Source: Marsupella aquatica (lineage: Eukaryota > Plantae > Marchantiophyta). Taken from it: a stretch of DNA of 64,000 nucleotides. Both the position numbers and the translations under genes were made by a program. Below the pieces are notes generated by a model that had not been told where the DNA came from, did not search any database, and saw only the letters and a program-made list of their open reading frames with translations. The stretch lies in NCBI GenBank assembly GCA_973895155.1, contig OZ316891.1, forward strand, positions 26,163,899-26,227,898, written 5' to 3'. Positions 1-12,487 of the stretch are shown here, piece by piece (positions within the stretch are counted from its first letter, which is position 1; every line of letters begins with the position of its first letter).

Positions 1-243
1 CTCTTTTGGCAGATACAGTCAGGGATATATGGAACACAAATACCACCATTAGGCATCCTTGTTTCCTGCTGTCCATGACTGCAGAGCTCCCAGCCTGTTA
101 CAATGCACCCTGGTCACCACCCTCCCCAGACCCAGCCTAGGGCACAAGCACTGCCTTTGCATCATCCCACAAGGATATCACGCCATGATGATAAGCTTTG
201 GCAGCGTGAAAGGTTACAAACCAGACTTTCAGGAGCCAGTAGG

Positions 244-566
244 ATGAGATGTCCTTGTGCAATCTGCCAAGGATCCCGTACCAGAGGTCTGAATGAGGTT
301 TGGCGGCATATCGCGGTTCATGGAAGAGATCCACGACATCGAGTTTGGAATGATCCTACAGAGGAAGATTCTTCCGACGAGGAGTGGAGGTTAGAATTTG
401 ATGCTACCAATGCTGCAAGACGGGCAAGTGAGGTTCTGCCTGGTGCATTTGAAAATGTTGTAGCTGGTCTCTGTGGGTTGTCAGCTCTCCAACGGGATGG
501 TGCTCAGGCAGCACCACGTGACGAAGGAATTCATGTGGAAGAGATGTGAGAGACATCTTCCAAGAC
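244..566 (+). pseudogene. 5' part of the element A transposase: transposase-associated Cys/His domain
   Basis: MRCPCAICQGSRTRGLNEVWRHIAVHG fits the CPCxxC...V..H...G motif at the N-terminus of CACTA Tnp2 proteins. After a 1-nt frameshift near 546 it reads RDIFQD and continues as LDAFHNG at 4406 once the 567-4400 insertion and one TSD copy are removed. Confidence 0.8.
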
Positions 567-871
567 TGTGACGGGGTCCCCGTCTCAAAAGGTCACCATT
601 AGGTGTTATTGGCAAGATGCATGTAAATAAATAAGCCAATATACACAATAGTTTTTCAAAAAAAAATTAAGTTAATCATCCCGGTGTGTGTTCATGTTGC
701 TTTGGAGGGCCGGGGCTATTTGAACCCGGGAGGAACTATTTTTTTTAATTGACCCTTTTCTCCCTTGGGTCTTGTCGTTGTGGGAGAAGAAAATTAGGCA
801 TCTTAAGGGGATACCACCCATTAATATTTGGAGACCCCGGCAGTTTTTCTTGGCCCCGGTATAATATGGCA

Positions 872-1075
872 GAGGAGCCCGCGAGCCATGGGGCGCGAGA
901 TGGAGGGTCGCCCTGCGAGTAGGCGGAGCCCCGAAAGGGTTTGCCGGGGCGTAAGTGAGGGGCAGCCGGGGAGGAGGAGCCCGCGAGCCATGGGGCGCGA
1001 GACGGAGGGTCGCCCCGCGAGTAGGCGGAGCCCCGAAAGGGTCTGCCGGGGCGTAAGTGAGGGGCAACCGGGGAG
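872..1075. repeat. GC-rich tandem duplication, 102-bp unit x2
   Basis: GAGGAGCCCGCGAGCCATGGGGCGCGAGA...GGGCGTAAGTGAGGGGCA starts at 872 and again at 974, near-identical. Confidence 0.9.
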
Positions 1076-1430
1076 GGAAAATTAGCAAAGGAGCCACGGG
1101 GTTTCTTTATTTTTTCCTTCCTATTTTCTCACTTCCTCTCTTTTGCAAGACCAACTCATTGCCAAAAGCAAAAACTCGGGCTCTCTCTCAACTCTTGCCG
1201 AAAGCTCTCTCCACATTTTGCAATTATTCTGAAAGCCCTTTCTCATGGTCAATTGTTGGGGCTTGTTGGCATGATTCTTCCGAGCATTAGCGGCAGCAGC
1301 ACGGAGTGGCTTCTGAGGGAATTGAGGGTAATTGATTGATCGGGATACGGGGGCCATTTCGGGCCAGGGGATTGACATTGCTACGGGTGACGGGATTTGG
1401 TGATTGAGGATTTGATTTCTGGATGCATGG

Positions 1431-3293
1431 ATGCTAGATCAACCGGAGTTTAGTGCGGCACGCGTTCGGAGATACAAGGCTGCTTACCGTGACTACATTG
1501 AGACATTGATTGCAAGAGAGAGAGAAGAGAGAAAAGCTACGATGAGTATTGGGCTGGCGGCAAGTTCCACACCAGTGAGTAGGAGCGTTTTTCGTCGAAT
1601 TTATCCCAAAACCTCCACCAAGGTGATGGAGGATTGTAGGAATATTTTTCAAGCCACCGGGCTCACGGAGTTCATGAAGGTGGAGATTACAATCCCTTCG
1701 GGGAAGAGTTGGAACATTGAGGCCGGGATGGAGTTACGTACGGAAGGAATCTACTTTTAATGTCTCTAGCGGGTAGTGCCCCATGTGGAGTTAGCTAAGC
1801 TTCTATTCCTGGAGAACCAGCAATTCTCATTCACACCTCGGAACATAAGGGGAGAGCTCACGTTGACAATGGTGGCCGGTTGGGTGATTAATCCCACCTC
1901 CACTACTTCCATTCCTCTTTCCGCCGTAAAGGATGCTGAGCACAAGGGATTTCTGGCCAAGGTTCATGAACGGGTCCTTGGTAACGTGCAATCTGGGGTG
2001 GTGAATGGAGAGCATTTCGTGGTAGCTATGGACATCAAGAACTATCCAGCCCATGTGTACGGATGGTGGTACTATGGGTTGAAGAAGCTATTGGACGCCA
2101 ATCCCGAGAGTGTGAAACCAGGTGGGGCTGTACATTTGATGGGGTCATTTTTGCTAGCCAGAGCAGAAGGGTGGATTGTTTCCCCGGGACAGGAAGACAC
2201 TGGATCATCCCTTACCACGGAAATCAGGAGTATTGCAACTACCATCTTGGGAAAACTAACAGAGGGATCATCGTCGGCAGTTGGGGATGATAATAGAGAG
2301 AAAGAAAACCAGGATGAGGACTCCACAATGGAGTGGCTTGAATCACTTGTGGGAAATATGGAGGAGCCCCTGGTCTACGACATTTCTGATGTCTACCTGG
2401 CGGAGTTACGGGATTTCTGGGAGGGAGTCCATGAGGGACTCAAGCTAGTCCACGCATTGAGAGATTCTCTCAAGCAGGCCACCGCCAGAGTAGAGACTTT
2501 GGAGCAGAGTGCCCTGTCTATGAAGGAGGTGATCAAGGCCAAGGAGGAGGCCATTCATGAGAAGGTTAAACTTCTCCAAGCAGCTCACGTAGAGATCTCC
2601 AACTTGAAGGGAGCCTTGTCCACCAAGGCCAAGGAAGCGGAAGAGGTTGGAGTATTGAAACAGGCATTGGCCAAAGAGAAGCAGAATTCTGGAGAAGTGG
2701 TGGAGTTAAGAGCCCAGGTGGGAACACTACGGGGTCAAATGGTGATCTTCGAGACAAGAGCTAAGAGGCGTGAGGCCTTGAGTCTGGGGAAACGGAAGAG
2801 CCCCTGCACACCTAGCTCCACACTTTCCCCGGATTTGGTCTCCAGGGCCATTGAGATGGTGGTGAAGGAAGTCAGTGGGAAGTATGGACCCCTGTTGGAT
2901 GCAGCCAAGAAGAGTCAAGAGAAGAGCAAGAGCTTAGAGAAGAAGCTCAGGGGGGTACGTAAATCGTTACGAGAAGCTCAGGTCAACACGGGGACCTCGG
3001 GGATGCCACCCCGATCTGTCACCCCTGGGACTCCCATGGCCACCGGGCAGGTCTTACCATTGGAGTTGCGGTCCGGTGAAGAGGCGGCCCTATGGAAGGA
3101 CACCATTGGTGAGGGGTACATTAAGGCGTGGCAGGCCTTGGCCAATTTGAGGAAGCAGGGGAGCACTAGCACAAAGACTACCCCGGTGAAGAAGAAGAGG
3201 AGTGAAGTGGCACTCACTCCAGTGGAGAGTGATGAGGAGGCCCACTCACGGGGCTCAAGCCAGGGCACCGTGAGTGAAGAGGAGGAGGATTAG
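1431..3293 (+). pseudogene. ~620-codon ORF of unknown function with a long C-terminal coiled coil and a basic/acidic tail; two in-frame stops
   Basis: ORFs 1431-1760 and 1776-3293 are in the same frame, separated by TAA TGT CTC TAG, which is compatible with CAA->TAA and CAG->TAG changes. Heptad-rich E/K/L/A region (LKQATARVETLEQ...LRAQVGTLRGQM) and an NLS-like PVKKKRS. Confidence 0.65.
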
Positions 3294-4405
3294 AGTGGTC
3301 GTACGGACGTGGTTGTACAGACCCTGGACTTTCCAACTTTCTTGTGAGGGGACACTCATGGGCTTGTTGGAAAGAGCTTGCGGAGCTGATTCCAACAAGG
3401 GGCGGCGCTCCTCAAACGGAGCCAGGATGAGCAGGTTATGGCCCGACGAAGTTGTGTTTACGGGATATAAAAACGGCCATAACTTGGTCGTCCGATGTCC
3501 GTTTTGAGAGCGGTTGAGTGATTCGTGATCAGGAGGAGGAGGGCTATCCAGGGGTGAACTCAGAAGTGCGAGTGGAAGGGCACCTAGTTTCAGCCATTGT
3601 GGGGTTCCTTGCAATTTCACGGTTCACGGAGTAATGTTGGGGCGCCGTCGAAGGCACCATCGGCCCCATTGTTAGTTTAGGGTTTAGAGTTTTAGAAGCA
3701 TGTGTGTGCCGCATGCTTTTAGTTTAGGGGTTTCTTAGTGAAGGGTTTAGCGGCGCCGCTAGGGTAAGCCGCCATCGTTGTGGCCCCATGAGGGGTACTT
3801 TGGTGTGTTTTTTGGTATTTAGGGGGAGAGCCCCATAATAGTGAGGGGGGGACTCAGTCTAGTGTTTGCTTAGGGAAGATAGCTCATAGCCAGAAGGGGG
3901 AATCAAGCCAGAGTAGTGAGGTAGATGTGTAGCACTTGCCCCAGTGAGGCAGTAGTTGGGCAGACGGCAGGAGGCCGGGTTGTCCTTGCAATGTGTTACG
4001 ACATTTTGCCAAAAGATATGGATTTGGTTTGATTCCTCAAGTTTTGGTGTGGTGTTACCTTTTCTGGTTCACGATTGTGTTCTTTCCCCAAGAAACGTCT
4101 AAGGAATCCTTGCACGGTTTGGTCAACCATGTGAGTAGGGAGGGGTGGTGACAACACTCCACCGACGACCAGTAGGAATGTGTGTGTGTGGCGTAGTCCA
4201 TGGGACTTGATCAAAAGCAAAGCGGCTAGTCGGTAGACTTGATCAAAAATTACATTTTCGGGAGCAGAAATAAACATACTCATCCTACATGCAATAGAAT
4301 CCTAATAGCGTCCCTCCACGTTCCAATCATACGATAACAAACGATTTTAGTAGGAGTAAATACGTATTTGTCGTGTAAATCGTTTGATAAGCAGGTGACA
4401 AAGAC

Positions 4406-7400
4406 TTGGATGCATTTCACAATGGGCTGGACAACGAAGAGGATACGACTGCAGATGCAAGTGTGCCCCCTGTCGAAGAGCCTCTTGATGAGTTTGAGAT
4501 AGGGCAGGAAACCCCTGGGCATGATGGGATGTTTGGCTCTCCCCTGCAAATACAGGAAGGCAGGAAGTCTTTGTACCCCGGTAGCAAATGTTCTAAACTG
4601 GGATTTGTCATCATGTTTATGAACATTTGCGGCAACCACAATGTCCTCAACGTTTGGTTTCTGAGTTGTTGGCATTCTTGCGAACAACTGTGCTACCAGA
4701 TGGTAATATTTTGCCCAAGAACATGTACGAGGCAAAAAGATGCATATCTAATCTTGGATTGAACTATGATTCCATCCATGCCTGTCCCGATGGGCATGTT
4801 CTTTTCAAAAAGGAGTATGCAGAATCGTTGTCATGCCCTAAGTGTGGGAAGCACAGGTATCGGAACTCAAGAAAGTCTATGGTCCCCGCCAAGGTGCTTC
4901 ATCATTTCCCACTCATTCCCAAACTTCAGCAGATGTTCAGAAGCCGTGCAATCTCGGAGATGATGACTTGGGCAATTGACAAGAAAAGTGATGATGGGCT
5001 ACAACGACATGCTGCAGATTCAAGGCAGTGGAAACTCATAGATGAGATGTATCCCGAATTTGCTGCTGAGCCGAGGAATGTCAGACTTGGGCTGTCATTG
5101 GATGGGGTAAACCCATTTGGAGACAAGAACAACAAATTTTTGTGTTGGCCTGTAACTATTTTGAATTATAACCTTCCTACTTGGATGACTACCAAGTGAT
5201 TTTTTGTTCTGATGGTCCTATTGATACTAGGGCCAGACAGTGTTGTATCTGCCAACATAGATGTGTTTCTGGCTCCCCTAGTGGAGGAATTGAGAAAGAT
5301 TTGGGAGGAAGGAGTCCTCACATATGATGTCCTACAGAGGCTTGGGAGGTTAAACCCATTCATCCTTAGAGCCATCGTCATTCTGACTATAGCTGACTAC
5401 CCAGCCCATGGGATGATATCAGGCCAAACAACAAAAGGATATTGTGCTTGTACTATCTGTGGGCGCAATGTCACCAGTGAGTACTCCAGAGCCTTGCAAA
5501 AAATGATATACATGGGCCATCATCATTTTTTGAAGGCAGATCACCCTTACAAAGAAAGACAGGCACTGATTGCACACTTTGGCAATGAGATTGAGCAACG
5601 TGGACCCCCGGCACGAGTGACCAAAGAGGAGATCAGGCAGTGGGGAGCACTGAGGGATGACTATATCAAACGAGGGGGCAGGGAAGATGGAGTGAGTGAT
5701 CCAATAAAGCGATGTGGTGTAAAAAGACTAAGCATATTGGACTTGGAGCTCCAGTATTGGAGGGTAAGCCTCTTGGAGTTGATGCTAATTGGGATACTTG
5801 TTTTGATTCAGAGCATGTGCATTCATTTTGAAGAGAGAGACTAAACTTGAGGCATTTGCTGACGCTTTTGCATTGCAACGGTGCAGGAGTTTGAGCCAAG
5901 CAAACATAACATTGATGTTATGCACATTGAGAAGAATATTTGTGAGAGTCTACTCAGATTCTTGTGTGGAGAGAAAGACACTAGTTCAGTGAGATTGGAT
6001 TTGAACAAAGGGGAATGAAACCCCATCTTTGGTTGAGGCCACATGCCCACAGAGCTGATGTGCTCTTGAAGTACCAAGCGCCCTATGTTCTGACAGACAC
6101 AGAGTGGCAACTATTTGTGCAGAGGTTGAGTTCTTTGAAGGTTCCTTCAAACTATGGCAGTGCTTTCAAGAAGCATATCATGACTAGAAAGCTTGGTAGT
6201 ATGAAAAGCCATGACTACCATATGTTGATGCAACAGGTGTTGCCTTTATGTCTGAGGGGCTTGTTGCAGAAGCCTGTTCGTAATGTGATCATGCGACTCA
6301 GTGATGTGTTTTGTCGTATTTGTGTGAAGGTTTGGGATGAAACACACTTCCCACAACTGACAGAAGATGTCGCTCAGGTGCTGTGTGACCTGGAGATTTA
6401 TTTTCCTCCCGCATTTTTTGATGTCATGACCCACCTACTTGTCCATGTTGTGGAATAGCTACACCAATTTGGGCCTGTGAGTGCTCGTTGGTTGTACCCT
6501 TTGGAACGGTACATGAAGCTACTCAAAGGTCACGTGAGAACATATTACAAACCTGAAGCAAGCCTGGCTAAAGGTTACATCAAGGATGAGACTCTGGGAT
6601 TTCTGACCGAATACATAGCACAATATGAGCATGTGAAGACCAGGGTGTGGAATTCTGATGAGGAGGAAGGGGTGATAGGTGAAGTACTGGAAGGAGCTGC
6701 AACCACAAAGAACCTGACCACATCTATGAGAGACTTGGCACATGACTTTGTATTGCACAACACTGTGGTGATGGAACCCTGGATACAGTGAGTGCATCCA
6801 TGGGGAATCACTCGTTGGATTATTAGAACGGGGTGCGAACAAATGAAGGTTCTTTTTAATCTTGTTGGTGTAATAATTATAATCAAAAATTTGTACTAAA
6901 GGCATTTAAAAATCCAATTTTGGTAAAAATATTAGTTTTTATATTCAGCAAGGTATTTAAAAATTTGTCAAAGCCATATAATCAAGGGTACAAGGGTATT
7001 TTTAATTGAATTTATTTTTTAATATATTTTTTCAAATTTCATTGGTTTGTTCTCATGTGTTTTAGGGGTTTTACTCCAAGTGATTCCCCAGGGGAGTGCA
7101 TACATGTGCTATAATCCAGTTCATGAGCTTAAATGTTGTGTGCGTGTGATTTTCTCCTTCAGCCTGTTCATATTTACCCAAGCTAATGCTGTGTGGTTGT
7201 TTGTTCAGGGAGTATGAGTCATTGAAGGCGGCCCATCCCACTGCAGGAACAACTTTTCCAGGTTTCATGGAGTGGATTAGAGTGGCAATTAGAGAGCATC
7301 ACGAGACCCACCCAGACATGGATGCAGACATTTACCTACTGTCTAATGCCCCTAGCCTAAAAGTGAAAACTTACAAACGGATGAGAGCATATGGGAATCA

Positions 7401-7974
7401 CTTTCGAGTGAAGGATGGTGACAGTGCCTACAGGGTGACAAATGACTGTGGGCTCATCACTGTATTTGAGCAACATAGCCACAATCACGACAGGGCCTGG
7501 ATGGAGATGGGATATGTGGGAGAATTAGTTGACATATGGGCTCTGGACTATGGGGCGGTGTCCAGTCCTGTGATTCTTATGAAAGGTTCATGGGTGCGGC
7601 AGGATTGGCTTGGTAACAGGGCTACCATGAAGAGAGACAACGACGGTTTCTTGCTGGCCAATTTTAGAGGGAAATTGCCCCAATGGTCTGAGCCATTTGT
7701 GTTTCCTAGTCAGGTGGAGCAAGCTTTCTTCCTGGATGTGGAAGACTCCCTAGGTTGGTGTGTAGTGTGTCATAAACAGGCCAGGCAACGTCGGATGGAA
7801 GGATCAAACCTTGAGTTTCATTTACACTCTCATAGTGCCTTTGATCGTCGGCGTTCAGACCAAGTGCCTGTAGTTCATGATAGCGGGGACTTCATTCCTG
7901 TGACAAGGGTACATGCATTTGCTGAAGGAGGCGAATTCAGAGATGCAGATGCCAACAGTGTGCCTGTGCCATGA
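4406..7974 (+). pseudogene. Element A Tnp2/TnpD transposase (Transposase_21, DUF4218-like and DUF4216-like regions), disrupted
   Basis: Motifs IHACPDGH, RNVRLGLSLDGVNPF, WPVTILNYNLP, ADYPAHGMISG, IDVMHIEKN, MKSHDYH, FFDVMTHLLVH, WLYPLERY, EPFVFPSQVEQ. Introns at ~5764-5887 and ~6789-7208. Frameshifts near 4645 and 6010; stops at 5197 (TGA) and 6456 (TAG). Confidence 0.92.
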
Positions 7975-8093
7975 GTAATGTGAATTGTTTGCATGGACAT
8001 TAGTGAGGGGAAGGATGTGTAATAAAGTAATTCTGAAGCAACACAGATGTATGGATGGATGCCTGGTGATTGTGGTTGCATTGTGTTATACAG

Positions 8094-11000
8094 GGTGACC
8101 ATAGATGACATGTTTTTGTGGTCCAGTAGGATGGAACAGAGTGACACAGAGATGTGTGAGTATGAAAGGAAAGCTATGGAACAACGAGCATACGTGAAAG
8201 CCAAAATTGCAGAACTGGATCTGGAAAAGGATGTGGCTGAATTGTAAGGACGATTCTCAACTACACCACTCCGCTGAGTTTGTGTGACATGAATAGTTCA
8301 ATGTGGCACTAAAATTGTGACTGTATGCTCATATTGGAACGTCACAGAGCCACAGCATTTTCAAAGAAACAAAAGGAGTACGCAAGAAGGGTGACCAACA
8401 CTATCTCTGGGCCTGTGCGTCGGAGTGACAGGTTGAGCAAGAAGGTCGTACCTACAATGGCAGAATGTGAAGATGACATTGATGCTGCACAGGTGGGTAC
8501 AGACACTAGACAAGAAGATGCAGATGATGAGTACTTTCCAGAGGAAATGGATGAGGATGGGGGTTATGAAGATGAATACATTGCAGAGCAACCCCAAAAG
8601 AAACATGTAAGTAGTTTTCCCAACAAGGTTTTGAGTTAAAAACTCTTGTTTAGAGGTTTCATATGTTCAGTACTACACATATGTACCTTGCTTAGTTCCT
8701 GACATTGTAGTTGGTGATGTGATGCAGCGTCCTGCCAGTTTTGTTTTGCCTTCAAAGCCTGTGCATGCACCATACCAGTAGGGGGGCTGACCTCTGATCA
8801 AGGTTGGCGAGGTGGTAGTAGTGGTAGATCCCAAGCTGGTGCCCAATACTATGGCAGGGGGCAAGCTCCCGGTTATGCCCATGGTAGAGGCAGAGCAGGT
8901 CCAAACCCACAGTCTCATGGGTATGGACATCCACCTCAACCATGGGGATGTGAGTATATATCTATATGCCAGTTCTTTGTGAAGGCATGGCACTCCTGAA
9001 TTTCAGACTGCATATCAATTTTTGACATTGTTTGGGATGTATTGGATTTAGACAACATGAAATTCTGTCCACCTGCCATTGCATGCAGATTCTGCCCAAC
9101 CTGATTGGGCAAATGCTGGTAATGATCAGTTCCAATGTCCACAAGGACAGACATGGGTTGAACCAGGTTGGGAGGATGGTGGTGGGTCGTGGAATGAACA
9201 AGGTTGGGAAGGTGGTGAAGGTAATTGGCAGGGATATCAAAATACAGTACCTACAAACGCTGGAAGAGGGGCAGGTAATGTCTGATATTGTCAGCAATGG
9301 AAGAACTCATTATACCTGGAGTCCATTCACGTGGGGGGGATTCTACACATGTATAATGAACGAAAATGTATGTGTGCAGGTTGGACAGTGGAACCATCAA
9401 CTCAAGTATTCACTAATGCCCCTATGCAGATGCAGCACAGAAGGGGGCCAGGTATGTCGGTGAATGTTCACTTGTTTTCCTACAGTTTGTACTTAGTTTT
9501 CAGTATATATGTTTGCACACACATACCTAGAAAGTGACACCATCCGGCCCCTGTACTAGGCTGGACAGGTGGTCCAGGGTCGCAACAATTCCAAAGTGCA
9601 GTCCCTGCACAGGCATCTACAGACAGAGCTACAGGTATGTATGTTTGAAGAATTTTTCTTGAAGTGAAGCATTGAATGTTGTCGTCATCCATTCTGCTGT
9701 ATGTAGTTCTCAAGCATGAATGGCATTGTATTTTCCCAAGTGGCTTCAGAACCCCAGGTAAGGTGAATGAAGGGGTGGCCAATACAATGCCCAATACTAC
9801 CGAGAGCAGTGCACGAGGGGAGGTGACAAGAAAGGGAACGTAAAGTTGAATGAGAGACAATGGGTGGATGCTGAGTGTCCTCGCAAGAACCGATGGCATG
9901 CTGATTTGAAAGCTGAAGTATTGTGTTGGTTAGATGTGAGTGTTATTAATTTTAAAAAACAGCATCCAAAAGATTGGAAGACTGTATGTGAAAATGTTGC
10001 TGCCAAATGGAATTATGTGGGCAGTGATGATGGCGTGGACATAGGTTGCCTAGAGAGTACAGCAGGTAAAATCATCAAGCAAGAGAGGTGGAGAATGCAT
10101 AAGGCTTGGAAGGAAGGTGGGAAGAAGCCAGATATGCCTCCACCAGCCAGTTGTGATGATAAAGTGTGGGCAAGGTTAGTAGCTTATTTTGTAACAGATG
10201 CTTCAAAAAAGAAGAGTTCACAGATGACCGAGGCCAGGTTGAGTGTTCAGAACCCTAATCTGACAGGAAGGACCGGCACTGCACCGACAGCAAAACGTTT
10301 GGTAAGAATCAATGGCCTAGGTATGTAATTTATGCTACACTATGTATTGTTCACTTTGTTTTTTAGTGTACGTGCCCTGAATAATAATGATAACTTGTGT
10401 TTGCCATGCATGTGCAGAAAACCCAATTGGGGCAAAGCCCTTCAAAAGAAGAGTTGAGGGCTGAAATTGTGAACACCCGGGCTCAAGAGGGTGCATCTGA
10501 ATCCTCCAAGCATGTAAGTTATATGAGTTCTGATTGGTAATTGAATGACTTGCGTTAAATTTCAGGTGTACACTGTATATAACATTGATTGTGCATATAT
10601 TGCCCAACATTTCATATGGAGTGATCGAACCTATACCCCTGTGTCATGTAGGGAGGTGGATCTTCACTTACAGAGATAAGTGGTCGTTTGAAGGCTGTCG
10701 AAACATGTCTTCCAGAGATCAATGAACGTTTGAATTCATTGACTGACTTGTTCCATGTGAACTTCAAGACATTAATGGAAGCTGTTGTGTCGGTGAGAGA
10801 TAAAATTGATTCCAATTTTGCAGGAGTTCCACCATCACCACTTGAGGTGGCAAAGTCGATGCACTCTTCTGGCATGCCAACGACATGTAGGCTTGAAGGT
10901 AAGGCCTTTACAACTGTGTGGGATATGATTAGTAAATGTATAGTTTGAATTGACATAGTTTGTTGAATGTGTTATTTTTAGTAACATATATTGTGGTTGT

Positions 11001-11526
11001 TGTGTCCATAGAGAATAAGATAGGTGCTGCAGAGAAGAAGTATGAGAACCTGGCAAATACTCGCTGTAATTTAGAGGCAACAAAGTTGCAGTCTGTACAA
11101 GCAACTTGTTTGACAGAGGGCAGTCAACCATGTTTGGATGAGGATGACATTGGCAAGGGAGTGGATGATATCAATGTTGGGGCAAATGAGGATATCAGTA
11201 AGCATGACAATGATATCATTGAGCCAGATTCATGCTATGTAGATCTTGACTCCATTGCAGAGATAAATGATTTGCAGAATGTATCATTCTCAATGACAGG
11301 TGTGCCTCTTGTTGAGATAAATCCAACCAAAGAGTTAGTTGGTATGACACTCCCAGGTGCTGAACCTGCTGCTGTGACAGTCCTAATAGAGGAACCTACT
11401 GAGCCTAGCTTCACTACTGTGAAGAGAGGAAGCATGCGCACACGAAGCAAGTCTGCTGGTGGGAGCAGAGCCACGTCAAAGGTTTCATACAAACCTCCAA
11501 GAACGGTGCTGGCAGAAAGATCTAAG
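8094..11526 (+). pseudogene. Element A second gene (TnpA/PTTA-like), many short exons, cut by element B
   Basis: Run of GT-AG bounded exons. The exon around 9846-10301 reads RWRMHKAWK...PPPASCDDKVWARLVAYF...KKSSQMTEAR...TGRTG, which resembles the Transposase_24/PTTA pattern. The reading frame ...AERSK runs into the element B TIR. Exon boundaries are approximate. Confidence 0.7.
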
Positions 11527-12022
11527 CACTACAACATATTTGACACTTTTGCGAAGGTATTTTTGTCGACGCTCTTGTATTTCCGATGGGCGGCGCTTTG
11601 CATATTTTGCGAATCAACCCGCATCGCAATTTGCGATTCTATCCCTATCGCAAATATAATAGCTGAAGCGCATTATATCGCTAATAAATTGCGAAGTAAG
11701 TGGTTTTGCAATTTTTACCGAAATGCGTCGAATGGAAAGGCACCTTCCGAAGACGGAAAAATCGCTCGCCGACTCCGAAACTAACTCATGTAAATATTTG
11801 CGAAGAATATTGGATTGAAAATGTTTTGCGATAGTAGTTGGTTGACAAGTTTAAGAATGTTGGAGGATGGAAGATTTGCGAAACGCTGAAAATATGAAAT
11901 TTGTGATTGATTTTGCATCACAAGTTTGCGAAGAGTGTAGTATGGAAATATTGAGAAACGAGAAGCTTCATATAAATTGCGAGTCCGGTGAGAGTTTGTG
12001 AGCTTCACAAATTGTTCGCAAA
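11527..12022. repeat. Element B left TIR and subterminal TTGCGAA/TTCGCAA motif array
   Basis: Many TTGCGA(A)/(T)TCGCAA copies in both orientations directly inside CACTACAACA. Confidence 0.88.
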
Positions 12023-12487
12023 CTAAAAATTAAGGTTATTGTGAGGTGAGACAATGAAGAGGGTGGATGGTCCAATATATGGATGGGGCAGGAGGGAAGA
12101 GGAAGGGAGGATGGAGGGAGGTACAATGAAGGATGGAAAAGGGAGGGAGTACAATGGAAGAGGAAGGAGGGAGGAGAAAGAGGAAGGGAGGAGGAGGGAC
12201 AGACGTACCACGGAGGAGGGAAACACGAGGGTGAGAATGAAAATTATGGAATAAGTAGGAAATAAAGTTATATTGAGCAACAGAGGTTAGATAGAAAGTT
12301 GCATGTAAAATTCACAAGTGATCACAATAAAACAATACAATACATATGTCATGAGTATGACTCATTCAAAAGTGAATGGCAAATAAAAATATAGACAATC
12401 CTTTTTTTTATATCACCAAACATGAATAAATCAAATATAACATGAACAAATGTCTAGGCTGGACCCAAGTGCATATAAATATGTCCC

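Larger units (their letters stand above)
567..4400. mobile_element. 3834-bp insertion with TG...CA termini and a 5-bp TSD (solo-LTR-like unit of an LTR retrotransposon)
   Basis: AAGAC|TGTGACGG...GGTGACA|AAGAC, with the TSD at 562-566 and 4401-4405. Removing it restores the element A transposase. No paired LTRs and no gag/pol motifs seen inside. Confidence 0.85.

Noticed and set aside
672-1097. Pro/Arg-rich ORFs on both strands
   Set aside because: They are translations of the 102-bp GC-rich tandem duplication, with no domain signal.
11527-11784. C-terminal part of the 274-aa ORF 10960-11784
   Set aside because: Read-through into element B's TIR and subterminal array; the real frame resumes at 21254.
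12023-12280. Short ORFs over a GA-rich tract
   Set aside because: Low-complexity purine-rich sequence 3' of the B transposase.
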